Source: an uncultured Ignavibacteriaceae bacterium
GTDB lineage: Bacteria; Bacteroidota; Ignavibacteria; Ignavibacteriales; Ignavibacteriaceae
DNA length: 64,000 bases
NCBI GenBank assembly: GCA_964391015.1
Contig: CAYMKU010000001.1
Span: forward strand, 148,805-212,804
Direction: 5' to 3'
In this document: positions 17,017 to 26,208 of the stretch, piece after piece
How the letters are laid out: the number at the start of each line of letters is the position of its first letter
How positions within the stretch are numbered: position 1 is the first letter of the stretch
The notes under the pieces: model-generated
The model's input: the letters and a program-made list of their open reading frames with translations, nothing else
Databases searched by the model: none
Told to the model about the DNA's origin: nothing
Made by a program: the position numbers and the translations under genes

Positions 17017-18102
17017 ATGAAAATACTTGACCGTTATCTTATTAAGCAATATTTATTGACCATCATTTTTGGATTGCTTGCCTTCACAATAATTTTTGTT
17101 GTAATAGATATGATGGAGAACCTTGACGATTTCATAGATCAGAACGTTCCGATAGACATTGTTTTAAATTACTACCTCGTTTTTTCTCCAGAAATAATAA
17201 AGCTGATAACACCAGTTGCTATTTTATTTGCCGCATTATTTACTGTTGGCAAAGCTACAAACCTTAGCGAAGTAACAGCAATTAAAGCTGGCGGGGTCAG
17301 TTTATTTCGTTTTATGCTTCCTTTCCTCATTACGACTTTTTTTATTTCAATTTGCTCAATCTATTTTTCAGGATACGTAGTTCCGCATGCGAACACAGTT
17401 AAAGTGAATCTTGAAAGAAAATATTTAAATAGAGGATTTGTTTTTGCCGGCAGCAATATTTTTTTCAAAGATTCTCCATCCAAAATTGTGAACATTGCTT
17501 ACTTTGATAACTCTCAAAATCAAGCACATAGAGTAAGCATTCAGGAATTTGACGTTTCTGATCCAACAAAAATGATTTCGAGGATTGATGCAACAAAAAT
17601 GACATATGATTCTACTTCCAGAAATTGGATTGCTGAGAACGGGACCAAAAGATTTTTTTCATCCCATAAAGAAGCGGCGGCTTATTTTAATCAGCTTACT
17701 TTATCAGATTTGAATTTCCATCCAGATGACCTTGCATCTAAACAGCAGAAATCTGAAGAAATGAATTTGGGAGACTTGAAAAAATTTATTAATTCACAAG
17801 AAAGAGAAGGAACAGATCCAAGAAGCACATTGATTGAGTACTATTCTAGGTTTTCTTTTTCTTTATCAAGCATTGTTGTTATTCTATTCGGAATTCCTTT
17901 AGCGGCAACAAAACGAAGACGCGGTGGCTTGGCAGTTCAAATTGGAATTAATATCCTGGTGACGTTTATTTATTTGGTATTTATGAAAATCAGCCAGGCA
18001 TTTGGAAAGAACGGGGCGTTGGATCCCATACTAACCGCGTGGTTTGCAAATTTAATTTTCCTTTTTGCAGCGTTGATAAATCTTCCGCGCTTGCGACAAT
18101 AA
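17017..18102 (+). CDS. LptF/LptG-family LPS export permease
   Basis: MKILDRYLIKQYL N-terminus and the same topology. Starts immediately after the upstream stop. Confidence 0.8.
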   Translation: MKILDRYLIKQYLLTIIFGLLAFTIIFVVIDMMENLDDFIDQNVPIDIVLNYYLVFSPEIIKLITPVAILFAALFTVGKATNLSEVTAIKAGGVSLFRFMLPFLITTFFISICSIYFSGYVVPHANTVKVNLERKYLNRGFVFAGSNIFFKDSPSKIVNIAYFDNSQNQAHRVSIQEFDVSDPTKMISRIDATKMTYDSTSRNWIAENGTKRFFSSHKEAAAYFNQLTLSDLNFHPDDLASKQQKSEEMNLGDLKKFINSQEREGTDPRSTLIEYYSRFSFSLSSIVVILFGIPLAATKRRRGGLAVQIGINILVTFIYLVFMKISQAFGKNGALDPILTAWFANLIFLFAALINLPRLRQ

Positions 18103-18103
18103 T

Positions 18104-19540
18104 TCAAAACTTCCACTTCGAACCAACAGCAAATGAAATTTGCTTAGCAGAGTTCGGCGACACAATTGTTTGAAAATATGAAGTTGCAAAATTAAAATCT
18201 ATAACATCCGTGCACATTCCCAACCCTAAAGCCCAAGCAAATCCATCTGCCCCGCCAACCGATAAACCGCTTCTTAAATATGGTATCCAATCATACGACT
18301 TCCACTCAAATCCAAAAGAAACACGGGGAATTTTACTATTACCAGGCAACTCGTTAAATCCTTGATTGTAGTCAAGTCCTAAAAGCAAAGTTCCGGGAAG
18401 AAAATTATCTTCTTCATTTAAGTACCAGCTAAAGCCAAACCTAAACGTGGTGGGTAAACCTGTGGAGAAACTTTCCTTTTTTTGTACATCTCCAATGAAT
18501 TTATTTTTCAATGAATCCAGTTTTTCATTATCAGTTAAGCCATCAATAAATATTTTACCTTCCGCTTTGAACTCAGCAACATTCTTTGTCCAATTAATAC
18601 TTCCAATATCTGTTAAAGCAAAAGATAAATTAAAATTATCTTCTAGATAAAGAGAAATTCCAAAGTCAAATCCTACACCTTTCCCTGCAGGCGGCATGAA
18701 CAAACTGAATCTCGATTCATGTTCTGTTGAATCAAAATCATACCTCACTCCAAAATTATCTGAGAATGCCGTGTAAGCAATTAAATCAGCATTACCTTCA
18801 ATTTGATTATATGCGCCCGTTCCTAAATTTGTACTTACTTTTTCTATCCCCGCGTAATAATAACCATGAACGAGTTTTAAAGTAACCCCAGCAAGAATTT
18901 TTTCAACTGCATCGTCCGGTTCATTTAAAAATTCTTGAGAGTATGAAACACCATAATTGCGAATCCACCAGCTTTTAAATTTCTCATCATTGAAATTATA
19001 ATTTTTGCCCAATTGATTTCCGTTTAATCCCAAATCAACAATTGCTTGGGGTATTGAAAAATTCCCTCCGGCAAAATCATTAATGGAAAATGCAAACGTT
19101 CCCACTTCGATACTCGGTTTCCAAGCAAAATTGAATAGCGCCGCTGAAAAATTTGCAAATACGAAACCACCGCCAGAAAATAAATTATTAAGGTTCTGTT
19201 TATCTTCAGAAGTCAAATTTCTGGCCTTACCATTAACTCCGCCAAAGTAGTAATTAAATTTTTCAACTGAGATGAAATCTGTTCCTGAATGAAACGAAAT
19301 GTAAGGTAATGGAAAAACCGTTGAGAGTTCTATGGAACCCTCCTCCATATTTGAAAGATTTGCAGGATTAATCCCAATTGAATATATCCCAAATGAAGTA
19401 GAATTATAAGTTTTTGCTAAACCCATACTTCTTGCATCGACTGTTCCTGAGGATCCGAATTGTGCAAAAGAGGTTACAGAGAATCCACAGGTTAAAACGA
19501 AAGCAAAAAATAACTTCTTTCCTACAAAAATATATTTCAT
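18104..19540 (-). CDS. outer-membrane beta-barrel protein (FadL/PorV-like N-terminal motif), function unknown
   Basis: Signal peptide ...SFAQ, then ARSMGLAKTY....GINPANL resembling the G-x-A...NPA-x-L motif of FadL/PorV-type barrels. Alternating beta-strand pattern and a C-terminal ...SKWKF. Confidence 0.5.
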   Translation of the reverse strand: MKYIFVGKKLFFAFVLTCGFSVTSFAQFGSSGTVDARSMGLAKTYNSTSFGIYSIGINPANLSNMEEGSIELSTVFPLPYISFHSGTDFISVEKFNYYFGGVNGKARNLTSEDKQNLNNLFSGGGFVFANFSAALFNFAWKPSIEVGTFAFSINDFAGGNFSIPQAIVDLGLNGNQLGKNYNFNDEKFKSWWIRNYGVSYSQEFLNEPDDAVEKILAGVTLKLVHGYYYAGIEKVSTNLGTGAYNQIEGNADLIAYTAFSDNFGVRYDFDSTEHESRFSLFMPPAGKGVGFDFGISLYLEDNFNLSFALTDIGSINWTKNVAEFKAEGKIFIDGLTDNEKLDSLKNKFIGDVQKKESFSTGLPTTFRFGFSWYLNEEDNFLPGTLLLGLDYNQGFNELPGNSKIPRVSFGFEWKSYDWIPYLRSGLSVGGADGFAWALGLGMCTDVIDFNFATSYFQTIVSPNSAKQISFAVGSKWKF

Positions 19541-19542
19541 GA

Positions 19543-21132
19543 TTATTTCCCCTCTGGATTTACATGATATTTCACTTTACCATAGCATTTTAGATTCAGC
19601 CAGTCAGATGATCTAAACTGAACAGTTGGCGGATTGGGATTTTCATTACCAGCGTTTGTCGTACTAACTGTTGTTGATATAATTGCATGATACGCTTTAG
19701 ATAATTGGACAATTTGGGATGAGTTCAGATTAATGGTATTCAAAGTTACTGTCGGAGCAATTATTTGGCCGGTAATACCATTAACCTGAGCACCAAGAAA
19801 CTGAAGCGAATCTACGCCACTCTGATTCTTTGTGAGAGTAAATAGCGGTATATAATTCTCATCAGTTAAAGTCACTTTGAAAAACGCATCAATTGGAATT
19901 GCATTTTCAAGATTAGCATTCAAATCCGCACCAACTCCATCATTAATCTTTTTCCGCTCCTCTTGACTGAAATTAATATCTATGGTGTCGGCATAATATA
20001 TTTGTTTGATAGCAAAAATACTTTTCGTAGTGAACTGAGCGGAAAATGTTATTGAATCTAAATTGGTAATGGTTTTGTTAACCTGATAGTTTAATGGATT
20101 CATAATTACTTCAGATGTTACAACAATTGAGTCCGGGAGAAATGAAATAAATTCTGCCAAATTGCTGTTAGTCTCATCAAGCAAAAGTTCATGCATTCCA
20201 TTGCTTAACCTAAAAGAAATACTTTGCCCATCATTTCTTGTTAAAGATTTTTCCTCATCACTATTTCGAATTCCTTTTATATTAAGATTTGAAATTTCAA
20301 TATCAAAATTATTTTTATGTGCTGACATATATTCAGTTTTAAGATTTAATGCTCCTTCTTTAATAAAAAGTTTACCTCGATAATCAGCTGCATCATTCAA
20401 ATTCAAAGAAGCAGAGGTTCGTTTATTCCCCAACGATGTTCGCGGCAAAACACCGCTAAGACTGCTGAATTTAAAATCATAATCATTAAGTTCAACATTA
20501 ACAAATGCACCGTTTATTGAAGATGATGCTGATGGCACAATCTGTAAACTATTTTGATTCTGAATTGGTTGATCCGGTGGCAGCGAGTAGTAATGATCTT
20601 TTAATTCATATAATATAGAATCTTTACCAAGTGCTGGAACATCCTTTTGAAGAATTAACTCATTTCCGTCGGGCTTTCTAATGCCTGGAATTCGCAGTGA
20701 TGATAGAACACTTGCAGTAGAAGGGTTTTGGATTATAAAAGATATAAATCCACTGCTAAATGTGGCTTGAGTGATTTTGATTCCTTCTGGAAAGAAAATA
20801 AAAATTGGTTGCAATTGTTCATTTGCAGGCAAAATAAAGTTTTGAGAAACTGAATTTTGATTCGTAACGCTTATATAATTTCCTACGTTTGAACTGCTGT
20901 TTATCTTTTCAGTTTGAATCATATAAAAGTCATCGTTTGTCAATGTGCCGGTAAGAGGGTGTTTTGACTCTGGTTTTACCACATCATAAATAGTATAAGT
21001 TTTGTTTATTATGGGAATATTCAAATCAACATCCCATTCAGGTAAAATTATTTCTTCAGGTAAATCAACGCAGCTAATTAGCGATAAGATAAGAAAAGTC
21101 AAAATTCCAAATAATAATCGTAATCTATTCAT
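19543..21132 (-). CDS. hypothetical lipoprotein (529 aa)
   Basis: Signal peptide with lipobox LSLISC. Separated by 2 nt from the downstream barrel gene. No recognisable enzymatic motif. Confidence 0.55.
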   Translation of the reverse strand: MNRLRLLFGILTFLILSLISCVDLPEEIILPEWDVDLNIPIINKTYTIYDVVKPESKHPLTGTLTNDDFYMIQTEKINSSSNVGNYISVTNQNSVSQNFILPANEQLQPIFIFFPEGIKITQATFSSGFISFIIQNPSTASVLSSLRIPGIRKPDGNELILQKDVPALGKDSILYELKDHYYSLPPDQPIQNQNSLQIVPSASSSINGAFVNVELNDYDFKFSSLSGVLPRTSLGNKRTSASLNLNDAADYRGKLFIKEGALNLKTEYMSAHKNNFDIEISNLNIKGIRNSDEEKSLTRNDGQSISFRLSNGMHELLLDETNSNLAEFISFLPDSIVVTSEVIMNPLNYQVNKTITNLDSITFSAQFTTKSIFAIKQIYYADTIDINFSQEERKKINDGVGADLNANLENAIPIDAFFKVTLTDENYIPLFTLTKNQSGVDSLQFLGAQVNGITGQIIAPTVTLNTINLNSSQIVQLSKAYHAIISTTVSTTNAGNENPNPPTVQFRSSDWLNLKCYGKVKYHVNPEGK

Positions 21133-21335
21133 AGTAATTCACTTCCTATATTCAAGTATTTATAGTTCCCTTTTCTCAATACAAGACGACTGAGATTAAT
21201 TATAAAAATTCAATCTGTGTGCCGAAAAAGAGTTTTGAAAGATGGTATTTTGAAAATTGCGAGTGTTAAATTTCTGTAAATCTTACCAATCGTTTTGAGA
21301 TTTCGTAAAAATTACAAAGCGACTTGTCCAGAAAT

Positions 21336-21363
21336 AAAAACCACCTACACAGAGGTGGTTTTT
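21336..21363 (-). terminator. rho-independent terminator (bidirectional shape)
   Basis: AAAAACCACCT-acacag-AGGTGGTTTTT, 25 nt downstream of the DUF3467 gene stop. Confidence 0.75.
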
Positions 21364-21387
21364 AAAAGAAATTGAAATGAAATTTTT

Positions 21388-21714
21388 CTAATTGATTTTT
21401 TCGTCTTTAGTCATTGGAATGAACCCGAAATGTTGGGCTGGAGCTGGTTCCAGACGTATTTCACCGAAACGTGCTTCATATTTATCTATGTTATCTTTTA
21501 GTGCTTTCATCAGCATCTTTGCATGCTGCGGTGTAGAAATGATTCTAGCATGAACCTTCGCTTTAGGTACTCCTGGAACGATTCGTGTAAAATCAATTAT
21601 GAATTCCGCTGGTGAATGAGTAATGATAGCTAAGTTCGAATAAATTCCTTCTGCTTCTTTTTCACCAAGCTCAATATTTATTTGTTGTCCTTGCGGTGGA
21701 TTTGTTTGGTTCAT
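21388..21714 (-). CDS. DUF3467-family protein
   Basis: AEGIYSNLAIITHSPAEFIIDF...ARIISTPQHAKMLMKAL..NIDKYEARFGEI matches my recollection of DUF3467. Confidence 0.6.
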   Translation of the reverse strand: MNQTNPPQGQQINIELGEKEAEGIYSNLAIITHSPAEFIIDFTRIVPGVPKAKVHARIISTPQHAKMLMKALKDNIDKYEARFGEIRLEPAPAQHFGFIPMTKDEKIN

Positions 21715-21737
21715 ATTTATAAATCGTCATTAAATTT

Positions 21738-23012
21738 CTATTTACGTAATTCGTCTGCTTTTTTAAAAGCATTTTCAGCATCCTTCTGCATTCCAAGAAC
21801 GGAATAAACTTTCCCTAAAAGCTCCCACATTGCAGAATCATCTTTTTTATTTTGTACAACCTTCTCTAAATAAGGAAGCGCCTTCTGATATTTATCTTTA
21901 TACTCTTTGTTATTCAAGTCACCTTTTTCATCGGCAATTTTGTTTATGTTGGCTCCCCACTTAACATAAGTTACTGCAAGATTATAGCTTGCATTGTAAT
22001 ATTCTGGATCTACCTCAAGGGCTTTCTTAAATTGTTCTTCTGCACCAGCAAAATCGTTTTTACCTAAAAGCAGAACCCCATAATTGTAACGATAGTACTG
22101 ATTATTAGGATCTTTTGCCACGCCTGCTTTAAAAGCATCAATTGCTACATCAATTTTGTTTGCAGCTATATACGAGTTCGATAAAGTAAGCAATAAATCT
22201 GCATCATCAGGATATTTTTTTCTTCCTTCTTCACCAACACTAATTGCTCTGTCAAAATATTGCATTGCCTCAATGCTATCAGATTTTACTCTATTATTAT
22301 CATATTTATTTTTTTTCTCAACCCCTTTTGAATACAAAATCTCACTTAAGAATTTATAACCATCAAGTGCTTGTTCCTTTTCAATCAACTTTTCTAAAGG
22401 GTCAATTGCATTATCATAATCTTGTGCGCTCATGTATACAAATGCTAAGTTTTTATATGTATCCGCAGAATCTGGTTCAATTCTTATCGCAGAGGTAAAG
22501 GCATCAATTGATTTGTCAAATGAAAGCTTCATACTGTCCTTATCAGCAACTTTAGCTCCCTTCTGATAAAATCCAACACCTTTATTAAATAGATTCGCCC
22601 AGAAATATTTTTTGGAAGAGCTAATATTCTCAGAAAATTTGCTGCTTACAGAAAGTGATTTATTATAAGCATCTATCATTTCAGCATATCTTTCCTTCTC
22701 ACCCAAAACCACACCTAACAAATAATAACCTTCATCACTCTGAGGATTTTTTTGAACCTCTTTTTGCAATGATTCAATTGCTTTATCGTAATTTTTTTGC
22801 TGGATATAGAGTTTTGCACTGGTCAATTCAGTTGAAGAGCATTGATAACCGCTGAAAATGACTCCTATGAACAAGATAAGAACGGGAAAAAGATTTTTGA
22901 TTTGCATAATGTACTCCAAAAGATTCTTATTTATAAAATCAAAGTTACCGTTTTGCACTTGTGAAGTCAAGAAAGTTAACAACTGTCGAGTCATTTTTAT
23001 CTCCTTTTTCAT
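21738..23012 (-). CDS. TPR-repeat protein, exported or anchored
   Basis: Many TPR units (YDKAIESLQKEVQKNPQS, YYLLG, AEEQFKKALEVDPEY ...). The real start is probably Met36 at 22907, because MQIKNLFPVLILFIGVIFSGYQCSS looks like the signal or anchor. Confidence 0.7.
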   Translation of the reverse strand: MKKEIKMTRQLLTFLTSQVQNGNFDFINKNLLEYIMQIKNLFPVLILFIGVIFSGYQCSSTELTSAKLYIQQKNYDKAIESLQKEVQKNPQSDEGYYLLGVVLGEKERYAEMIDAYNKSLSVSSKFSENISSSKKYFWANLFNKGVGFYQKGAKVADKDSMKLSFDKSIDAFTSAIRIEPDSADTYKNLAFVYMSAQDYDNAIDPLEKLIEKEQALDGYKFLSEILYSKGVEKKNKYDNNRVKSDSIEAMQYFDRAISVGEEGRKKYPDDADLLLTLSNSYIAANKIDVAIDAFKAGVAKDPNNQYYRYNYGVLLLGKNDFAGAEEQFKKALEVDPEYYNASYNLAVTYVKWGANINKIADEKGDLNNKEYKDKYQKALPYLEKVVQNKKDDSAMWELLGKVYSVLGMQKDAENAFKKADELRK

Positions 23013-23032
23013 GATAATTCTTCATAAATGCT

Positions 23033-24220
23033 TTGGGTTTAAATTGGTTTTCCAAAAATTATAAGATATTTTTCCTAATAAAATTGAGGTGTTTTTTGAC
23101 TAAAGAAGATATTATCAAAGCTGTCCCAAAAGTTCTTCTTCACGATCATCTTGACGGCGGGTTAAGACCAGAAACTATTATTGAACTCTCCAAAGATTTG
23201 CAGTATAATAAACTTCCCACCAAAGATCCCGGAGAGTTAGCTGAGTGGTTTCATCGTGGTGCAAACAAGGGCAATCTTGTAGAATATTTACAGGGATTTG
23301 AGCATACCATTGCAGTAATGCAAACTAAAGAATCCCTTGAAAGAGTTGCGTACGAAATGATGGAAGATATGAAAAAAGATAATGTTTGTTATGTTGAAAC
23401 TCGATTTGCACCTGTGTTTCACACACAAACTGGACTATGGTACGAAGACATAGTTTCAGCTGTACTTGAAGGGCTTGAAAAAGGTAAAAGAGACTTTGGC
23501 GTTGGCTACGGCTTAATACTTTGCGGAATGCGTAACATGAAAAATACTTTGGAGATTGCCGAGCTTGCGGTAAACTTCAAAAAGCAAGGCGTAATAGGTT
23601 TTGATCTTGCAGGTGAAGAGGGCGGTTATCCACCAAAAAAACATATCGAGGCATTTCAATTTATCCAACGAGCAAATTTCAATATCACCATTCACGCAGG
23701 TGAAGCATTTGGTAAAGAATCCATTTGGCAGGCAATTCAATGGTGCGGTGCTCATCGAATAGGGCATGCAACTCATTTAATTGAAGACTTTACTTTTGAT
23801 AAGGATGGAAATGTGGTTGGTTTTGGTGACCTTGCTCAATACGTTCTGGACAAAAGAATTCCACTTGAAATATGCCTGTTAAGCAATGTTCACACCGGTG
23901 CTGTAGATAAAATAGTAAATCATCCGTTTGGTTTACTGTTCAAAGAGAAATATCGTGTTACTCTGAACACTGACGATAGACTTATGAGCGATACAACAAT
24001 GACTAAAGAATTCCTTGTTGCGATTGATGTCTTTAACTTAAACTTAGAGGATTTAGAAAAAATAACTATCAACTCGATGAAGTCTGCATTCATACCCTAT
24101 AAAGAACGTTTGAATTTTATTTACAATATTATCAAACCAGGTTATCAAAAGATGAAAGACAAATTACTCTCATTCACTTCATATCCGGAGAATCATGAAA
24201 AAACTGTTCACAAACTATAA
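23033..24220 (+). CDS. add: adenosine deaminase
   Basis: LLHDHLDGG, HAGE and NTDD metal and catalytic motifs. The true start may be the TTG at 23096, preceded by gaggtg, because the first 21 aa look non-native. Confidence 0.85.
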   Translation: MGLNWFSKNYKIFFLIKLRCFLTKEDIIKAVPKVLLHDHLDGGLRPETIIELSKDLQYNKLPTKDPGELAEWFHRGANKGNLVEYLQGFEHTIAVMQTKESLERVAYEMMEDMKKDNVCYVETRFAPVFHTQTGLWYEDIVSAVLEGLEKGKRDFGVGYGLILCGMRNMKNTLEIAELAVNFKKQGVIGFDLAGEEGGYPPKKHIEAFQFIQRANFNITIHAGEAFGKESIWQAIQWCGAHRIGHATHLIEDFTFDKDGNVVGFGDLAQYVLDKRIPLEICLLSNVHTGAVDKIVNHPFGLLFKEKYRVTLNTDDRLMSDTTMTKEFLVAIDVFNLNLEDLEKITINSMKSAFIPYKERLNFIYNIIKPGYQKMKDKLLSFTSYPENHEKTVHKL

Positions 24221-24530
24221 CTTTGAATTTGATAAAAATGAGAAGAAACTGCTTGCAACCTTCTGTAAACAAACTCTTAAACAAACAGTGGGAGATTCAA
24301 AATTCTTCGCTGAATCTAAAGCATTTAATTCAATTTTAGAAAAACTTAACGGCGGTTCTGATCCTGTCAAACTCACCAAAGATGAACGAACCCGCTTAGA
24401 ACATCAACTCGTTGAGAATGTAAAATTTCTTAAAAAGGATTTTGGCAAAAGCGGATTTATAAAAAAATTTCTTTATAGATCCATGATTAAACAATACGAA
24501 AATATTCTTGACAAACATTTTAAAGATTGA
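24195..24530 (+). CDS. hypothetical small helical protein (111 aa)
   Basis: ORF overlapping the end of add by 26 nt. No motif recognised. Confidence 0.4.
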   Translation: MKKLFTNYNFEFDKNEKKLLATFCKQTLKQTVGDSKFFAESKAFNSILEKLNGGSDPVKLTKDERTRLEHQLVENVKFLKKDFGKSGFIKKFLYRSMIKQYENILDKHFKD

Positions 24531-24531
24531 A

Positions 24532-26196
24532 ATGATTTCTGAAAGTGAAAAAATAAAAATCAAAGCACCGCACGGAATTAAATTATCTTGTAAGGGCTGG
24601 ATACAAGAAGCAGCAATGCGTATGCTTATGAATAACCTCGATCCTCAAGTTGCAGAAAACTCTGCGGAGCTAATAGTATATGGTGGCAAAGGAAAAGCAG
24701 CAAGAAATTGGGAATGTTACGAAGCAATCCTCAAATCACTCAAAGGATTAGAAAATGATGAAACTTTATTAATTCAATCGGGAAAACCAGTCGCTATTTT
24801 TACAACACATGAAATCGCTCCAAGAGTTATCATTTCTAATTCTATGTTAGTACCTGATTGGGCAAACTGGGATGAGTTCAGACGGCTTGAATCGCTTGGA
24901 TTAACAATGTATGGACAAATGACTGCCGGAAGCTGGATTTACATCGGCACACAAGGAATTCTACAAGGTACTTACGAAACTTTTGCAGAATGTGCCCGTA
25001 AATATTTTGATGGAACTCTGAAAGGAAAATTTCTTTTAACTGCTGGATTAGGTGGAATGGGTGGCGCTCAACCACTTGCTGCTACAATGAATGGTGCTGC
25101 CTTTCTTGGAATTGATGTTGATAAAACCAGATTGGAAAAAAGAATTGAAACTGGTTATCTCGATAAAATGACAGATAATCTTGATGAAGCACTTAAGCTT
25201 GTACTTAATGCAAAGACTAATAAAATCCCATTATCAGTTGGGCTATTAGGAAATGCTGGTGAAGTTCTCCCAGATATTTTAAAAAGAAATATTATCCCTG
25301 ATATACTAACCGATCAAACTTCCGCTCATGATACATTGAACGGCTATGTTCCAATGGGAATGTCATTCGAACAAGCGAAAGATCTAAGAAGAAGTAATCC
25401 ACAAGAGTATATTAAGCTCGCTAAGATGACAATTGTAAAACATGTTGAGGCGATGCTAGAATTTCAAAAACGTGGTTCAACAACTTTTGATTATGGAAAC
25501 AATATCCGTGGAGAAGCAAAAGATAATGGTGTTAAAAATGCATTTGATATTCCCGGTTTTGTTCCTGAATTTATTCGTCCACTTTTCTGCGATGGAAAGG
25601 GTCCATTCAGATGGGTCGCTTTATCCGGTGATCCCAATGATATTTTTGTAACAGATGAAGCAGTCAAAAAAACTTTTCCCGAAAATAAGTCATTATGCAA
25701 TTGGATTGACTTAGCACAAAAGAAAGTTCACTTTCAAGGATTACCTGCTCGCATTTGTTGGCTTGGTTACGGTGAACGCGCTAAGATGGGAAAAATCTTT
25801 AACCGGCTTGTAGCAGATAAAAAAGTTAAAGCCCCAATTGTTATTGGGCGAGACCATCTCGACTGCGGTTCTGTTGCATCTCCAAACCGCGAGACAGAAG
25901 CAATGAAAGACGGTAGCGATGCTATTGCAGATTGGCCAATTTTAAATGCTCTACTAAATGCGATTGGCGGAGCAAGCTGGGTTTCAGTTCATCATGGCGG
26001 TGGAGTTGGAATAGGCAAATCTATTCATGCTGGAATGGTTGTAGTAGCGGATGGAACTGAGGAAGCAGAGAAAAGAATAGAAAGAGTTCTAACTTACGAT
26101 CCAGGTATGGGCATTGTTCGACATGCCGATGCAAATTATGAGCAAGCAATTGAAAATGCAAAAAAGTGGAATGTAAAAATTCCAATGTTGAAATGA
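24532..26196 (+). CDS. hutU: urocanate hydratase
   Basis: [13 protein letters not shown]-binding motif, [16 protein letters not shown] and the typical length. I prefer the ATG at 24532 over the TTG at 24508. Confidence 0.9.
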   Translation: MISESEKIKIKAPHGIKLSCKGWIQEAAMRMLMNNLDPQVAENSAELIVYGGKGKAARNWECYEAILKSLKGLENDETLLIQSGKPVAIFTTHEIAPRVIISNSMLVPDWANWDEFRRLESLGLTMYGQMTAGSWIYIGTQGILQGTYETFAECARKYFDGTLKGKFLLTAGLGGMGGAQPLAATMNGAAFLGIDVDKTRLEKRIETGYLDKMTDNLDEALKLVLNAKTNKIPLSVGLLGNAGEVLPDILKRNIIPDILTDQTSAHDTLNGYVPMGMSFEQAKDLRRSNPQEYIKLAKMTIVKHVEAMLEFQKRGSTTFDYGNNIRGEAKDNGVKNAFDIPGFVPEFIRPLFCDGKGPFRWVALSGDPNDIFVTDEAVKKTFPENKSLCNWIDLAQKKVHFQGLPARICWLGYGERAKMGKIFNRLVADKKVKAPIVIGRDHLDCGSVASPNRETEAMKDGSDAIADWPILNALLNAIGGASWVSVHHGGGVGIGKSIHAGMVVVADGTEEAEKRIERVLTYDPGMGIVRHADANYEQAIENAKKWNVKIPMLK

Positions 26197-26208
26197 ACCA
26201 ATGCCTCT

